This document shows, one piece after another, positions 1-9,588 of a stretch of DNA of 64,000 nucleotides (the first letter of the stretch is position 1; each line of letters opens with the position of its first letter). This DNA comes from Streptomyces sp. NPDC020983 (GTDB lineage Bacteria; Actinomycetota; Actinomycetes; Streptomycetales; Streptomycetaceae), in contig NZ_JBIRRA010000007.1 in assembly GCF_044333485.1 (NCBI RefSeq), positions 235,730 through 299,729 on the forward strand, written 5' to 3'. The notes under the pieces are model-generated. The model saw only the letters and a program-made list of their open reading frames with translations. It was not told where the DNA came from and searched no databases. Position numbers and translations under genes: made by a program.

Positions 1-269
1 CCCCGGTCGACGTCCGCGGGCACCGCGGCCTGCCCGGCGTGCTGATCGTCCAGAGCACCAGGGACGCCGCCACCCCGTACACCGGCGCGCTGGAGACGCA
101 CCGCCGGCTCACCGGGTCCCGGCTGATCACCGAGCAGGGCGCCGGTTCGCACGGCGTGACCAACCTCGTCAACCCGTGCATCAACAACCGCGTCGACGCG
201 TACCTGCTGAGCGGCACGCTCGACGAGCAGGACGTGGTGTGCGGCCCGCACGCCACTCCGGTGCCGTAA
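1..269 (+). CDS. C-terminal fragment of a secreted alpha/beta-hydrolase (tripeptidyl-aminopeptidase-like); the 5' end lies outside the window
   Basis: The ORF reads in frame from the window edge to a stop at 267-269. Its C-terminal residues resemble the TAP-like C-terminal region of Streptomyces S33 peptidases. Confidence 0.45.
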   Translation, partial: PVDVRGHRGLPGVLIVQSTRDAATPYTGALETHRRLTGSRLITEQGAGSHGVTNLVNPCINNRVDAYLLSGTLDEQDVVCGPHATPVP

Positions 270-360
270 CGCGCGCAAGCGGACGGCCGCTCACCGGGCC
301 GCCGGCCGCACCCTGCTCACGGGCGGGTGCGGCCGGCGGCCCGCGGCGTGCCGGAGGCCG

Positions 361-885
361 TCACAGCGCGACGGCCTCGATGCGGGGCGCGGCGATGCGT
401 ACGTAGTCCTTCGCGGAGAGCGCGAGCGACCGGTCCAGGCGGGCGGCGTTGAAGTAGAGGGTGTCGTGCTCGAGCAGGCCCGGGTCGACGACCAGCTCCA
501 GCCGCTCGTCGAAGGAGAAGGGCAGCACGGTGCCGCTCACGCTGCCGGCCAGCCGCTCGGCGATGTCGCGGGAGGCGAAGGAGACGTACGTGCCGGACAG
601 CAGCGCCTTGACCGCGCCGAGGTCCACCCGCCTGTCGCCGGGCACGACGGCGAGCACGTACCGGGTGGTCTTCTTGCCGACCTTGACCATCACCACGATG
701 CACTTCGCCGCCTGGGCCAGCGCGTTGCCCCGCAGTTCGCTGACCAGCTCGGTCGCGCCCTCCGGGGCGTGTTCCACGATCCGGTAGTCGGCGCCCTGCG
801 CGTCGAGCAGCGCGACGAGACGGTGGTAGGTGGCGTGGTCGTCCGGCTGCTGCGCCGCCTGCGTGGTGTCCTGGGTGTCGCTCAT
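361..885 (-). CDS. YbaK/ProX-type aminoacyl-tRNA deacylase domain protein
   Basis: A 175-aa product starts at the ATG at 883-885 (MSDTQDTTQ...), and resembles YbaK/EbsC Cys-tRNA(Pro) deacylases. The long N-terminal extension shown in the ORF track is Arg/Gly-rich and not plausible. Confidence 0.75.
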   Translation of the reverse strand: MSDTQDTTQAAQQPDDHATYHRLVALLDAQGADYRIVEHAPEGATELVSELRGNALAQAAKCIVVMVKVGKKTTRYVLAVVPGDRRVDLGAVKALLSGTYVSFASRDIAERLAGSVSGTVLPFSFDERLELVVDPGLLEHDTLYFNAARLDRSLALSAKDYVRIAAPRIEAVAL

Positions 886-935
886 GACCGCCTGTCCTCG
901 GCTCGGGGTGGGTGGAGTGGTCCGGTGACGGGGGC

Positions 936-1739
936 TCAGACCGCCAGGGCACCGAAGGCCGCGGCGAAGGCCGCGCGCGTGGGGGAGCCGGGACGGCGGT
1001 CGAGGACGGCGAAGACGGCCTCGTCGACCGCCCGCTCGAAGCGCCCGCCCAGCCGCAGCAGGACGGCGAAGGCCTCGGCCACCCGCGCCGGTTCGTTGCC
1101 GAAGACGCCGCAGCCCCACGCGCCCAGCACCAGCCGCCGGTAGCCCTGCGCGACCGCCACCTCCAGCACCCGCTCGGCGCGCGCGTCGAGGGCCGGGCCT
1201 ATCTCGCCGGTGCGCTCCGGCACGGTGCGCGCGACGACCCCGGCGTTGGGCGCGGGCGAGGTGAGGAAGCCGACCGCCCACGGCTCGTCCAGCAGCGCCC
1301 CGCGGGCGTCCCGGAAGACCGGAACCGCGGGGGAGTGGATGACGCGGTGCGAGTAGAACGGGTCGCGGTGCGCGCGGTGGTGGGCGTAGAAGCCGGGCAC
1401 GCGCAGCAGGCACGAGTAGAGCGCCGAGGCCCGGCACAGCGCCTCCTCCTGCGCCTGCGCCCCGTTGACGTAGCCGCCGCCGGGATTGCGCGCGGAGGCG
1501 AAGTTCAGTACGGCCACGGGCCCGCCACCCGCCGCGACCAGCCGGTGGGCAGCGGCGAGGCTGTCCTCGCCGGTCACCGTGCAGCGCGCGCCGGGGCCGG
1601 GCTCCGTCCGGGGGACGGGCACCGGGTCGGGGCCGAACATCCGGGTGCCGGCCGCGGCGGCCTCGACGGCCCCGAGCCCCACCCACCGTCCCCCGGGGCC
1701 GACGTAGCCGCCGTCCTCGACGAACCGCTGGTTCTCCAT
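936..1739 (-). CDS. Bacterial-type poly(ADP-ribose) glycohydrolase-like macro-domain protein (TIGR02452/DUF2263 family)
   Basis: The 268-aa product starts MENQRFVEDGGY. It contains the PARG signature GGG-X7-QEE (NPGGGYVNGAQAQEE) and a GAWGCGVFG macro-domain loop. It is the only plausible part of the 1019-aa track ORF. Confidence 0.75.
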   Translation of the reverse strand: MENQRFVEDGGYVGPGGRWVGLGAVEAAAAGTRMFGPDPVPVPRTEPGPGARCTVTGEDSLAAAHRLVAAGGGPVAVLNFASARNPGGGYVNGAQAQEEALCRASALYSCLLRVPGFYAHHRAHRDPFYSHRVIHSPAVPVFRDARGALLDEPWAVGFLTSPAPNAGVVARTVPERTGEIGPALDARAERVLEVAVAQGYRRLVLGAWGCGVFGNEPARVAEAFAVLLRLGGRFERAVDEAVFAVLDRRPGSPTRAAFAAAFGALAV

Positions 1740-1846
1740 CGCGATGTTCCGCAGTCGTGCGCTCACGGGTCCTGACCCTACGGGGACAGGGCGCCGCCGC
1801 GCGAACCGGAATCCGCGGGCCGGTGACGTCCCGTCGGCCCGCGCGG

Positions 1847-2569
1847 TCAGGAGCCCGTGCCGCGGCGAAGCCGGGAGCCGGAGCCCTTCTGCGCCTGCAG
1901 TTCCGCCTTCACTTCGCCCGCGTACCGGTCGACGTACTCCTGCCCGGACAGCTCCATGATCGCGTACATGATCTCGTCGGTGACCGCACGCACCACGTGC
2001 CGTTCGCCCTCCATGCCGTGGAAGCGGCTGAAGTCCAGCGGTTCGCCGAAGCGGATGGTGACCCGGCCCAGCCGCGGCAGCTTCCGCCCGGGCGGCTGGA
2101 GTTCGAAGGTACCGATCATGGCGCACGGCACGACGGGGCAGCCGGCGCGCAGCGCCATCACCGCGACGCCGGTCCGGCCCCGGTAGAGCCGCCCGTCGTG
2201 CGAGCGGGTGCCCTCGGGGTAGATGCCGAGCAGCTCGCCGCGGCGCAGCACGCCGAGCGCCGCCTCGATCGCGGACTGCGAGGCGCTGCCGCCCGAGCGG
2301 TCCACCGGGATCTGGCCCACCCCGCGGAAGAAGGCCGCCGTCAGCCGGCCCTTGAGGCCGGGGCCGGTGAAGTACTCGGCCTTGGCCAGGAAGGTGATCC
2401 GGCGCGGCAGGATCGCCGGCATCACGAAGTGGTCGGAGAAGGAGAGGTGGTTGCCGGCGATGACGGCGGCGCCGGTCTCCGGGATGTTCTGCGCGCCCTC
2501 GACCCGGGGCCGGAAGAACATCCGCAGCAAGGGCCCGAGCATGACGTACTTGAGCACCCGGTAGAACAC
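1847..2569 (-). CDS. 1-acyl-sn-glycerol-3-phosphate acyltransferase (PlsC family)
   Basis: Contains the HxxxxD-type motif region (AGNHLSFSDHF) and a PEGTRS motif. A GTG start at 2569 is preceded by GGAGG. Confidence 0.8.
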   Translation of the reverse strand: MFYRVLKYVMLGPLLRMFFRPRVEGAQNIPETGAAVIAGNHLSFSDHFVMPAILPRRITFLAKAEYFTGPGLKGRLTAAFFRGVGQIPVDRSGGSASQSAIEAALGVLRRGELLGIYPEGTRSHDGRLYRGRTGVAVMALRAGCPVVPCAMIGTFELQPPGRKLPRLGRVTIRFGEPLDFSRFHGMEGERHVVRAVTDEIMYAIMELSGQEYVDRYAGEVKAELQAQKGSGSRLRRGTGS

Positions 2570-2668
2570 GGGCAGCCTCCCCCTCGACGGCGGCTCCCGG
2601 CACTCCCGGGCCGCGCGGCCGGTCCACCCGGCGCCCCGGCAGAGTAGTGCCCGCACGCCCGTACCGAC

Positions 2669-2699
<31 letters not shown>

Positions 2700-2743
2700 C
2701 CCGCGGGCCGGGCCGTCCACCGGTGAGCCGTCCGCGCGGGCCC

Positions 2744-4207
2744 TCAGTGCGCGGCCCGGCGCGGCATCAGGAAGGCCACCGCCGCGGCGGCCGCGAGGGC
2801 CGCGGCCGCGACCAGCGCCACCGTCTCCAGCGCCCCGCCCGTGCCGTGCTGCCCGGCGCGGGAGAAGAAGACCGTGCCCAGCACCGCGACGCCCACCGAC
2901 CCGGACAGCTGCTGCACCGCGTTGAGCACTCCGGACGCCGATCCGGCCTCCTCGTCCGAGACCCCGGCGAGCGCGATGTCGAAGAAGGGTGCCATCACCA
3001 TCCCCAGCCCGATCCCGGCGGCCAGCAGCGCGGGGGCGAGCTGCCAGCCGCCCGGCGTGCCCGCGGCCTCCACCGTGAGCGCCACCGACGCGATCCCGGC
3101 CGCGGCGAGCAGCAGCCCGCCCTGCAGCGCGGCCCGCCCGTACCGCCGGCCGAGCCACGCACCCGACAGCGTCGCCCCGGCCGCGGTGCCCAGCGCCCAC
3201 GGGACCATCGCCAGCCCGGCGCCCTTCGCGGAGAAGTCGAGTCCGTACTGGAGGTACAGCGGCACCACGAGCATCAGCCCGGTCATCGCGGCGAAGAGGA
3301 CCAGTCCCACGGCGAGCGAGCCGGTGAAGCCGCGGTGCCGGAAGAGGCCGGGCTCGACGAGCGGTGAGCCGCCGCGCCGCAGCACCCAGCCCTGGTGGCG
3401 GGCGAGGACCGCGAAGACCGGCAGCGAACCGGCCATCAGCAGGTACGACCACAGCGGCCACCCCAGGTCGCGGCCCTGCACCAGCGGGTAGACCAGCATG
3501 AGCACCGCGGTGCTCATCAGCGCCACGCCCGGCAGGTCGAGCCGTGGCGAGTGCGGTGCCCTGCTCTCCGGCAGCACCCGCAGCGCGAGGGCGAAGGCGG
3601 CGAGCGCGATCGGCAGGTTGATCAGGAAGACCGCGCGCCACCCGGTACCGAGCACGTCCGCGTCGGTGAGGTAGCCGCCCAGCACCGGACCGGCGACCGC
3701 GCCGAGGCCCATGACCGGGCCGAACACGCCGAAGGCACCGCCCAGCGCCTCGGGCGGGAACAGCTCCCGTACCAGCCCGAGGCCCTGCGGCACCATCATG
3801 GCGGCGAAGGCGCCCTGCGCCGCGCGCATCCCTATCAGCATCCCCGCCGAGCCGGAGCACGCGCACAGCAGCGAGCACACCCCGAAGCCCGCGACGCCGG
3901 CCAGGAACATCCTCCGGCGTCCCACGATGTCGCCGAGCCGGGCGCCGGTGATCATGAGCACCGCGAAGGCGAGGGTGTAAGAGGCGGCGATCCACTGGAT
4001 CCGGGTGGAGCTGCCCCCGAAGTCGGCCTGGATGGAGGGGGAGGCGACGCCGACGACCGTCGCGTCCAGCAGGTCCATCACCTCGACCGCGAGGACGACG
4101 GCGAGGCCGAGCCAGCGCGTCCGGCCGCCGCCCGCGGTGTGCGGCGCCGTGTCGCGGCCGCCCGCGGCGGGGCCGCGGACCGCCCCGTCGGTGGTGGGTG
4201 TGGTCAT
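2744..4207 (-). CDS. MFS transporter, DHA2-like multidrug efflux pump
   Basis: A 487-aa hydrophobic protein with about 14 predicted TM segments and typical MFS motifs (GxxxDxxGRR-like LGDIVGRRR). It is divergent from a TetR gene. Confidence 0.85.
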   Translation of the reverse strand: MTTPTTDGAVRGPAAGGRDTAPHTAGGGRTRWLGLAVVLAVEVMDLLDATVVGVASPSIQADFGGSSTRIQWIAASYTLAFAVLMITGARLGDIVGRRRMFLAGVAGFGVCSLLCACSGSAGMLIGMRAAQGAFAAMMVPQGLGLVRELFPPEALGGAFGVFGPVMGLGAVAGPVLGGYLTDADVLGTGWRAVFLINLPIALAAFALALRVLPESRAPHSPRLDLPGVALMSTAVLMLVYPLVQGRDLGWPLWSYLLMAGSLPVFAVLARHQGWVLRRGGSPLVEPGLFRHRGFTGSLAVGLVLFAAMTGLMLVVPLYLQYGLDFSAKGAGLAMVPWALGTAAGATLSGAWLGRRYGRAALQGGLLLAAAGIASVALTVEAAGTPGGWQLAPALLAAGIGLGMVMAPFFDIALAGVSDEEAGSASGVLNAVQQLSGSVGVAVLGTVFFSRAGQHGTGGALETVALVAAAALAAAAAVAFLMPRRAAH

Positions 4208-4253
4208 GTCAGGGTCCTTCGCTTTCGCCGGGGCGGGCGCCGGTCGCGCCTCG

Positions 4254-4343
4254 CGAACAGTGTTCGTGTGATGACGAACGTTGTTCTACAAGCGAACACT
4301 GTTCGTGTCAAGAATGGTGTTCGTGTCTCGCGAACGTCGTTCG
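4254..4343. promoter_or_regulatory. Array of palindromic TetR-type operator sites in the MFS/TetR divergent intergenic region
   Basis: Perfect palindromes CGAACAGTGTTCG (4254-4266), CGAACACTGTTCG (4293-4305) and CGAACGTCGTTCG (4331-4343), plus additional GTTCG...CGAAC inverted pairs. Confidence 0.6.
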
Positions 4344-4385
4344 CTTCAGCTACCGTGGAGCGTCCGGCAGACGCAGGAGGAGCCC

Positions 4386-5108
4386 GTGCCGCAGTCCACC
4401 GAGCCGAAGGGCGCCCCCGCCCTGCCCTGGGAGCGCCCGCGCAGGTCCGCCCCGCGCCGCACCTTCACCCGCGAGGCGGTCGTGACCGCGGCGCTGCAGG
4501 TGATCGACACCGAGGGCGTCGAGGCGATGAGCATGCGCCGCGTCGCCCAGGAACTGGGCACCGGCCCGGCCTCGCTCTACGCGCACGTGTCGGGCCGCGA
4601 GGAGATGATCGCCCTCGTCCTGGACCGGGTGCTCTCCGGCGTGGTGTGCCCGCCGCCGGATCCGCTGCGGTGGCGCGAGCAGATCAAGGAGGTGATGCGG
4701 GCCTCCCGCCACGCACTCGTCGCGCACGGCGACCTGGCCCGGCTGCTCCCGGAGATCGGTGTTCCCAACGGCGAGAGCGTCACCGTGATCAGCGAGGGGA
4801 TGCTCGCCATCCTCGCGGCCGCCGGACTGCCCAAGCAGGTGTGCGCCTACGCCGTGGACACGCTGAGCCTGTACGTCAGCGGCATCGCCGCGGAGGAGGC
4901 GAGCCGCGCCCACCACGCGAGGAGCGGTGACCCGGGTCCGGAGATCGCCACCCGGATGACGGACTTCTTCGACGCCCTGCCCCCCGAGCGCTTCCCGATG
5001 CTCACCGGCATGGCAGCGGAGCTGACCCGCGACGTGGGCGACGAGCGCTTCGAGTTCGGCCTCGACCTGATGGTCACCGGCCTCGCCGCCCACCTCCCGG
5101 CGTCCTGA
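4386..5108 (+). CDS. TetR/AcrR family transcriptional regulator, probable repressor of the divergent MFS pump
   Basis: Shows an N-terminal HTH (TREAVVTAALQVIDTEGVEAMSMRRVAQELGTGPASLYAHV) and a TetR C-terminal domain. The GTG start at 4386 has AGGAGG 5 nt upstream. The track ORF start at 4281 would run through the operator array. Confidence 0.8.
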   Translation: MPQSTEPKGAPALPWERPRRSAPRRTFTREAVVTAALQVIDTEGVEAMSMRRVAQELGTGPASLYAHVSGREEMIALVLDRVLSGVVCPPPDPLRWREQIKEVMRASRHALVAHGDLARLLPEIGVPNGESVTVISEGMLAILAAAGLPKQVCAYAVDTLSLYVSGIAAEEASRAHHARSGDPGPEIATRMTDFFDALPPERFPMLTGMAAELTRDVGDERFEFGLDLMVTGLAAHLPAS

Positions 5109-5131
5109 AGCCGGCGGGCCCGGTGGCGGGC

Positions 5132-6088
5132 TCAGCCGCGGCCGCGCGACTCCAGCGAGGCCAGATACGCGTTGTACGCGACCAGCTCGGCGTCGCCGTC
5201 CCGGTCCGCGGCGCGGTCCTTGCGCCGGGCCTGCCGCTGCTCGGAGGTGTACCACTGGATGAGCAGCGCGATCAGCACCACGACCGAGGGGATCTCGCTG
5301 AAGGCCCACGCGATGCCGCCGGCCGCGGTCTGGTCGTCCAGCGGGTCGATGCCCAGCGAGGCCGCGGGGTGCTTGAAGGTGCTCACCAGCGGCTCGCTCG
5401 CCATCATCACGGCGATGCCGAAGAAGGCGTGGAAGGGCATTCCGGCGAACAGCTCCAGCATCCGCATCACGTAGCCCGGCCGGTGCGGCCCGGGGTCGAC
5501 GCCCATGATCGGCCAGAAGAACAGCAGCCCCACCGCGAGGAAGTGCACCATCATCGCGGTGTGCCCGAGGCTGTGCCGCATCAGCGAGTCGAAGAGCGGC
5601 GAGAAGTACAGCGCGTACAGGCTCGCGACGAACAGCGGGATGGTGAAAGCGGGATGCGAGATCACCCGCACGTAGCGGCTGTGCAGCAGCTTGACGAGCA
5701 GCTCGCGCGGACCGGTGCGGCCGCGGCCGGCGGCCGGCAGCGCGCGCAGCGCCAGCGTGACGGGCGCGCCGAGCAGCAGCAGGATGGGCGAGAGCATGCT
5801 GAGGATCATGTGCTGCACCATGTGCACGCTGAACATGACCATGCCGTAGTCGTCGAGCCGGGTGCACATCGTCGCGGCGATCGTCAGCACGCCGACGGCG
5901 AAGGAGACCGTACGGCCCACCGGCCACGCGTCCCCGCGCCGCCGCAGCCGCAGCACCGCCCACCCGTACAGCACCAGCGCGAGCACGCAGCCGGCCGCGA
6001 AGTACGGGTCTCCGCCGGTGACGGCGAGCCCCCGGCCGAGGGTGAACGGCGGCAGGTCCATGTGCATGCCGTGCCCACCGTGGTCCAT
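5132..6088 (-). CDS. ctaG: Cytochrome c oxidase assembly protein (CtaG/Caa3_CtaG family)
   Basis: A 318-aa polytopic membrane protein with His-rich TM segments typical of the actinobacterial CtaG copper-insertion factor. Confidence 0.65.
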   Translation of the reverse strand: MDHGGHGMHMDLPPFTLGRGLAVTGGDPYFAAGCVLALVLYGWAVLRLRRRGDAWPVGRTVSFAVGVLTIAATMCTRLDDYGMVMFSVHMVQHMILSMLSPILLLLGAPVTLALRALPAAGRGRTGPRELLVKLLHSRYVRVISHPAFTIPLFVASLYALYFSPLFDSLMRHSLGHTAMMVHFLAVGLLFFWPIMGVDPGPHRPGYVMRMLELFAGMPFHAFFGIAVMMASEPLVSTFKHPAASLGIDPLDDQTAAGGIAWAFSEIPSVVVLIALLIQWYTSEQRQARRKDRAADRDGDAELVAYNAYLASLESRGRG

Positions 6089-6216
6089 CCGTCACTCCTC
6101 CGTCGCGCCGAGCGGCAGCCGGCCGATTCGACCGATGTGCCCGCTCCAGAGTAGAACCGCCCCCGCCCGGCACTCCGGGCGGGGGCGGCCCCCGTGCGTC
6201 GGCGCGGCTCAGCGCG

Positions 6217-7242
6217 TCACAGGACGCACTCGGCCTCGGTGTAGCGCTCGGCGGGCACCGTCTTGAGGTGCTGCACCGCGTCCGCCAGCGGCACCAGCGT
6301 GATCTCGGTGCCGCGCAGTGCGGTCATCATGCCGAACTGGCCGCTGTGCACGGCCTCCACGGCGTGCCAGCCGAAGCGCGTCGCCAGCACCCTGTCGTAG
6401 GCCGTCGGGGTGCCGCCGCGCTGCACGTGGCCCAGGATGACCGGCCGGGCCTCCTTGCCGAGCCGCTCCTCCAGCTCGACGGAGAGCTGGTTGGCGACGC
6501 CGGTGAAGCGCTCGTGGCCGTAGACGTCCGTGGCGCCGGCGCTGAAGTCCATCGTGCCCTCGCGCGGCTTGGCGCCCTCGGAGACGACGACTATGGCGAA
6601 CTTCTTGCCCGCCTCGAAGCGCTTGCCGACCACCGCGGCCAGCTCCGCGATGTCGAAGGGGCGCTCGGGCACGACGATCGCGTGCGCGCCCGCGGCCATG
6701 CCCGAGTGCAGCGCGATCCAGCCGGTGTGCCGCCCCATGACCTCGACGATCAGCACCCGCTGGTGCGACTCGGCGGTCGTCTTCAGCCGGTCCAGCGCCT
6801 CGGTGGCGACGGTCACGGCGGTGTCGAAGCCGAAGGTGACGTCCGTCGAGGCGATGTCGTTGTCGATCGTCTTCGGCACCCCGACGATCGGCAGGCCCGC
6901 GTCCGACAGCAGCCGGGCGGCCTTGAGGGTGCCCTCGCCGCCGATCGGGATGATCGCGTCAAGTCCCAGGTCGGTGACGTGGCCGCGGGCCGTCTCGACG
7001 CCGCCGCGCAGGTGCGCGGGCTGCACGCGGGAGGAGCCGAGGATGGTGCCGCCGCGCGCCAGGATGCCGCTCACGGCGTCCAGGTCGAGCTTGCGGTAAT
7101 CGCACTCGAGCAGGCCCTTCCAGCCGTCGTGGAAGCCGATGACCTCGTCATTGTGGTCCACGACGGCGCGGTGCACGACGGACCGGATGACGGCGTTCAG
7201 CCCGGGGCAGTCGCCACCGCTGGTCAGCACACCAATACGCAT
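6217..7242 (-). CDS. pfkA: ATP-dependent 6-phosphofructokinase
   Basis: Starts MRIGVLTSGGDCPGLNAVIR and contains the GGEGT and PKTIDNDI motifs. The ATG start is at 7240-7242. Confidence 0.9.
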   Translation of the reverse strand: MRIGVLTSGGDCPGLNAVIRSVVHRAVVDHNDEVIGFHDGWKGLLECDYRKLDLDAVSGILARGGTILGSSRVQPAHLRGGVETARGHVTDLGLDAIIPIGGEGTLKAARLLSDAGLPIVGVPKTIDNDIASTDVTFGFDTAVTVATEALDRLKTTAESHQRVLIVEVMGRHTGWIALHSGMAAGAHAIVVPERPFDIAELAAVVGKRFEAGKKFAIVVVSEGAKPREGTMDFSAGATDVYGHERFTGVANQLSVELEERLGKEARPVILGHVQRGGTPTAYDRVLATRFGWHAVEAVHSGQFGMMTALRGTEITLVPLADAVQHLKTVPAERYTEAECVL

Positions 7243-7443
7243 TGCTCTCGTTACTCCCGCGACTCGTCGGGACGGCCGGACCACGTCGTCCGGATGGATC
7301 ACCGCAAGCTTACCGATCCCCGTACCGTGCCCTCCACGGCGACCGCACTGCGGACACCTGACGATTGACCGAACTCGGGGAGACGCTTTACCGGCGGCTT
7401 GCCGTCCGTGCCCGGGCCGGGCACGGGCGGCGGCCCCGCGGGC

Positions 7444-8175
7444 TCACGCGGGCTGCTGCTCCGCGGCGGCGATCCGCTCGGCCCGCAGCGCGTCGTACCA
7501 CCGGTCGTCGGCCGGCGGCAGCGCGTTGACGTCCAGCGCCAGCTTGATGAGCATGTCGGCGATGTGCGGGTTGCGGGCCATCACGGGGCCGTGCATGTAG
7601 GTGCCGAAGACGGTGTCGTTGAAGGCGCCCTCGGTACCGTCCCCGGTGCCGTTGCCGCGGCCGATCCGCACCCTGGCGAGCGGGCGGGCGGTCGGGCCGA
7701 GATGGGTGATGCCCTGGTGGTTCTCGAAGCCGGTGAGCGGGGGCAGGCCGAGGCGCGGGTCGATGTCGGCCAGCACGTCGCCGACGCAGCGGGCCCCCTC
7801 GCCGCGGGTGCTCACCACGTCGAGCAGGCCCAGGCCCGGCTCGGGGCGGCCGAGGTCGTTGACGAACTCGTGGCCGAGGATCTGGTAGCCGGCGCACACC
7901 GAGAAGACGATGGCCCCGTTGGCCACCGCGCGGCTCAGCCCGCCGTCGCGCCGCAGCCGCTCGGCCGCGAGCCGCTGCGGGCGGTCCTCGCCGCCGCCGA
8001 TCAGGTAGATGTCGCCGGAGGTGGGGACGGGCTGGTCGGAGCGGACGTCCACCCGGGTCACCGGGACCCGGCGCTGGAGCGCCCGGCGCTCCACCACCAG
8101 GGCGTTGCCCTGGTCGCCGTAGGTGCTCAGCAGGTCGGGGTACACCCACACCAGGCGCAGGCTGGACTCACTCAT
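7444..8175 (-). CDS. gatD: Lipid II isoglutaminyl synthase glutaminase subunit GatD (CobQ/CobB-type GATase)
   Basis: Starts MSESSLRLVWVYPDLL and has a class-I GATase fold with the catalytic Cys in SVCAGYQILG. It lies immediately downstream of murT, and AAGGAGA precedes the start. Confidence 0.8.
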   Translation of the reverse strand: MSESSLRLVWVYPDLLSTYGDQGNALVVERRALQRRVPVTRVDVRSDQPVPTSGDIYLIGGGEDRPQRLAAERLRRDGGLSRAVANGAIVFSVCAGYQILGHEFVNDLGRPEPGLGLLDVVSTRGEGARCVGDVLADIDPRLGLPPLTGFENHQGITHLGPTARPLARVRIGRGNGTGDGTEGAFNDTVFGTYMHGPVMARNPHIADMLIKLALDVNALPPADDRWYDALRAERIAAAEQQPA

Positions 8176-8210
8176 TGGGGTATCTCCTTGACGGTCCTTG
8201 ACGGCCCGGG

Positions 8211-9449
8211 TCAGTTGCCGACGCGGCGGCGCAGGTCCTGGAAGGCGGTGTAGTTGGCGATGGCCTCGATCCGGCCGGGCGGGGCGGTCCTGACCGCCTC
8301 GTCGAGGTCCGCGCAGACCGTGAACTGCTGGTCGGCCACCTCCAGGCGCACCGCGAGGTCCAGCTTGCGGTCGCCGATCACCAGGATCGGGTGCCCGGAC
8401 AGCCGGGTGTAGTCCACGTCCCACAGCCACGAGGTGTCGGTGCCGTCGGCGCCGCGCGCGTTCACCGAGAGGATCACCGGGGTCGGCGGCGCGTCGATGA
8501 GGGAGAAGGTCTCCAGCCAGCCCGCCGGGTTCTTCGCCAGCAGCAGCCGCAGGTCACGGCCCTGGAACCGCACCACGTCGTAGCGCCCGGCGACGGCCTG
8601 CACCTTGTGCATGCGCTCCAGCGCGACCTTCGGGTCGATGCCGAAGGTCGCGGCGGCGGCCGCGGAGACGGCCGCGTTGGACTTGTTGGCCCGGCCCGGC
8701 AGCTGCAGGTGGATCGGCCACGCGACGCCGTACGGGTCGACGACGTGGTCGCCGGACAGCGCCCATGTCGGGGTGGGGCGGCGGAAGCCGCACTCACCGC
8801 AGTACCAGTCGTCGCCCGGGCGCTGGAGCACCCCGCCGCACGACGGGCAGGACCAGGCGTCGTCCTTCCAGGCCTGGCCGGCCGCGACCCACACCACGGT
8901 CGGGCTGGAGGAGGCCGCCCAGGTGACCAGCGGGTCGTCGGCGTTGGCGATGATGACGGCCTCGGAGCCGGCCAGGCCCTCGCGCCACTTCTCGGCGAGC
9001 ATCCGCGTCTCGGCGGCCCGGTCGAGCTGGTCGCGGGAGAGGTTGAGCAGTGCGATGGCCTTGGGGGCGACGTCCCGGGCGACACCGGCGAGGTACTTCT
9101 CGTCCACCTCGATCACACCGAAGCGGGCGTCGGAGCCGCCGGCCAGCGCGGAGGTGATGCCGGCCGGCATGTTGGCGCCCAGCGCGTTGGAGACGACCGG
9201 CCCGCCGGCCCGCAGCGCCTCCGCGAGCAGCCGGGTGGTGGTGGTCTTGCCGTTGGTGGCCGACACCAGCACCACGTCCAGGTGCCGGGCGAGCCGGGCC
9301 AGCAGATCGGGGTCCAGGCGCAGCGCGACCTTGCCGCCGATCACCGACCCGCTGCCCTTGCCCGCCGCGCGGGACACCGCCGCGGCCGCCCTGCCCGCCG
9401 TCACGGCCAGCTTCGCCCGCGGCGTCAGCGGCTCCGATTTGCCTGCCAT
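8211..9449 (-). CDS. murT: Mur-ligase-family lipid II isoglutaminyl synthase MurT
   Basis: Has an ATP-binding GTNGKTTTT motif and the MurT-specific C4 zinc ribbon (CPSCGGVL...CGECGF). It pairs with the downstream gatD. Confidence 0.85.
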   Translation of the reverse strand: MAGKSEPLTPRAKLAVTAGRAAAAVSRAAGKGSGSVIGGKVALRLDPDLLARLARHLDVVLVSATNGKTTTTRLLAEALRAGGPVVSNALGANMPAGITSALAGGSDARFGVIEVDEKYLAGVARDVAPKAIALLNLSRDQLDRAAETRMLAEKWREGLAGSEAVIIANADDPLVTWAASSSPTVVWVAAGQAWKDDAWSCPSCGGVLQRPGDDWYCGECGFRRPTPTWALSGDHVVDPYGVAWPIHLQLPGRANKSNAAVSAAAAATFGIDPKVALERMHKVQAVAGRYDVVRFQGRDLRLLLAKNPAGWLETFSLIDAPPTPVILSVNARGADGTDTSWLWDVDYTRLSGHPILVIGDRKLDLAVRLEVADQQFTVCADLDEAVRTAPPGRIEAIANYTAFQDLRRRVGN

Positions 9450-9588
9450 CCGTCTGTCTTCCCTCCTGGATCCGGCGCGGCCGGGCCCGCGTGCCCTCCC
9501 GCGGCGGCCGGCAAGTTCCGGTCGAGGTCAGCCTATCGACTCCGGGCCGCGGGGCCGCACCTCGCCGCCCGGGTGAGGGGGCGGGTGA

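Noticed and set aside
5106-5134. Possible hairpin terminator between convergent TetR and ctaG genes
   Set aside because: The 23-bp GC-rich gap does not form a clean stem-loop when checked by eye.
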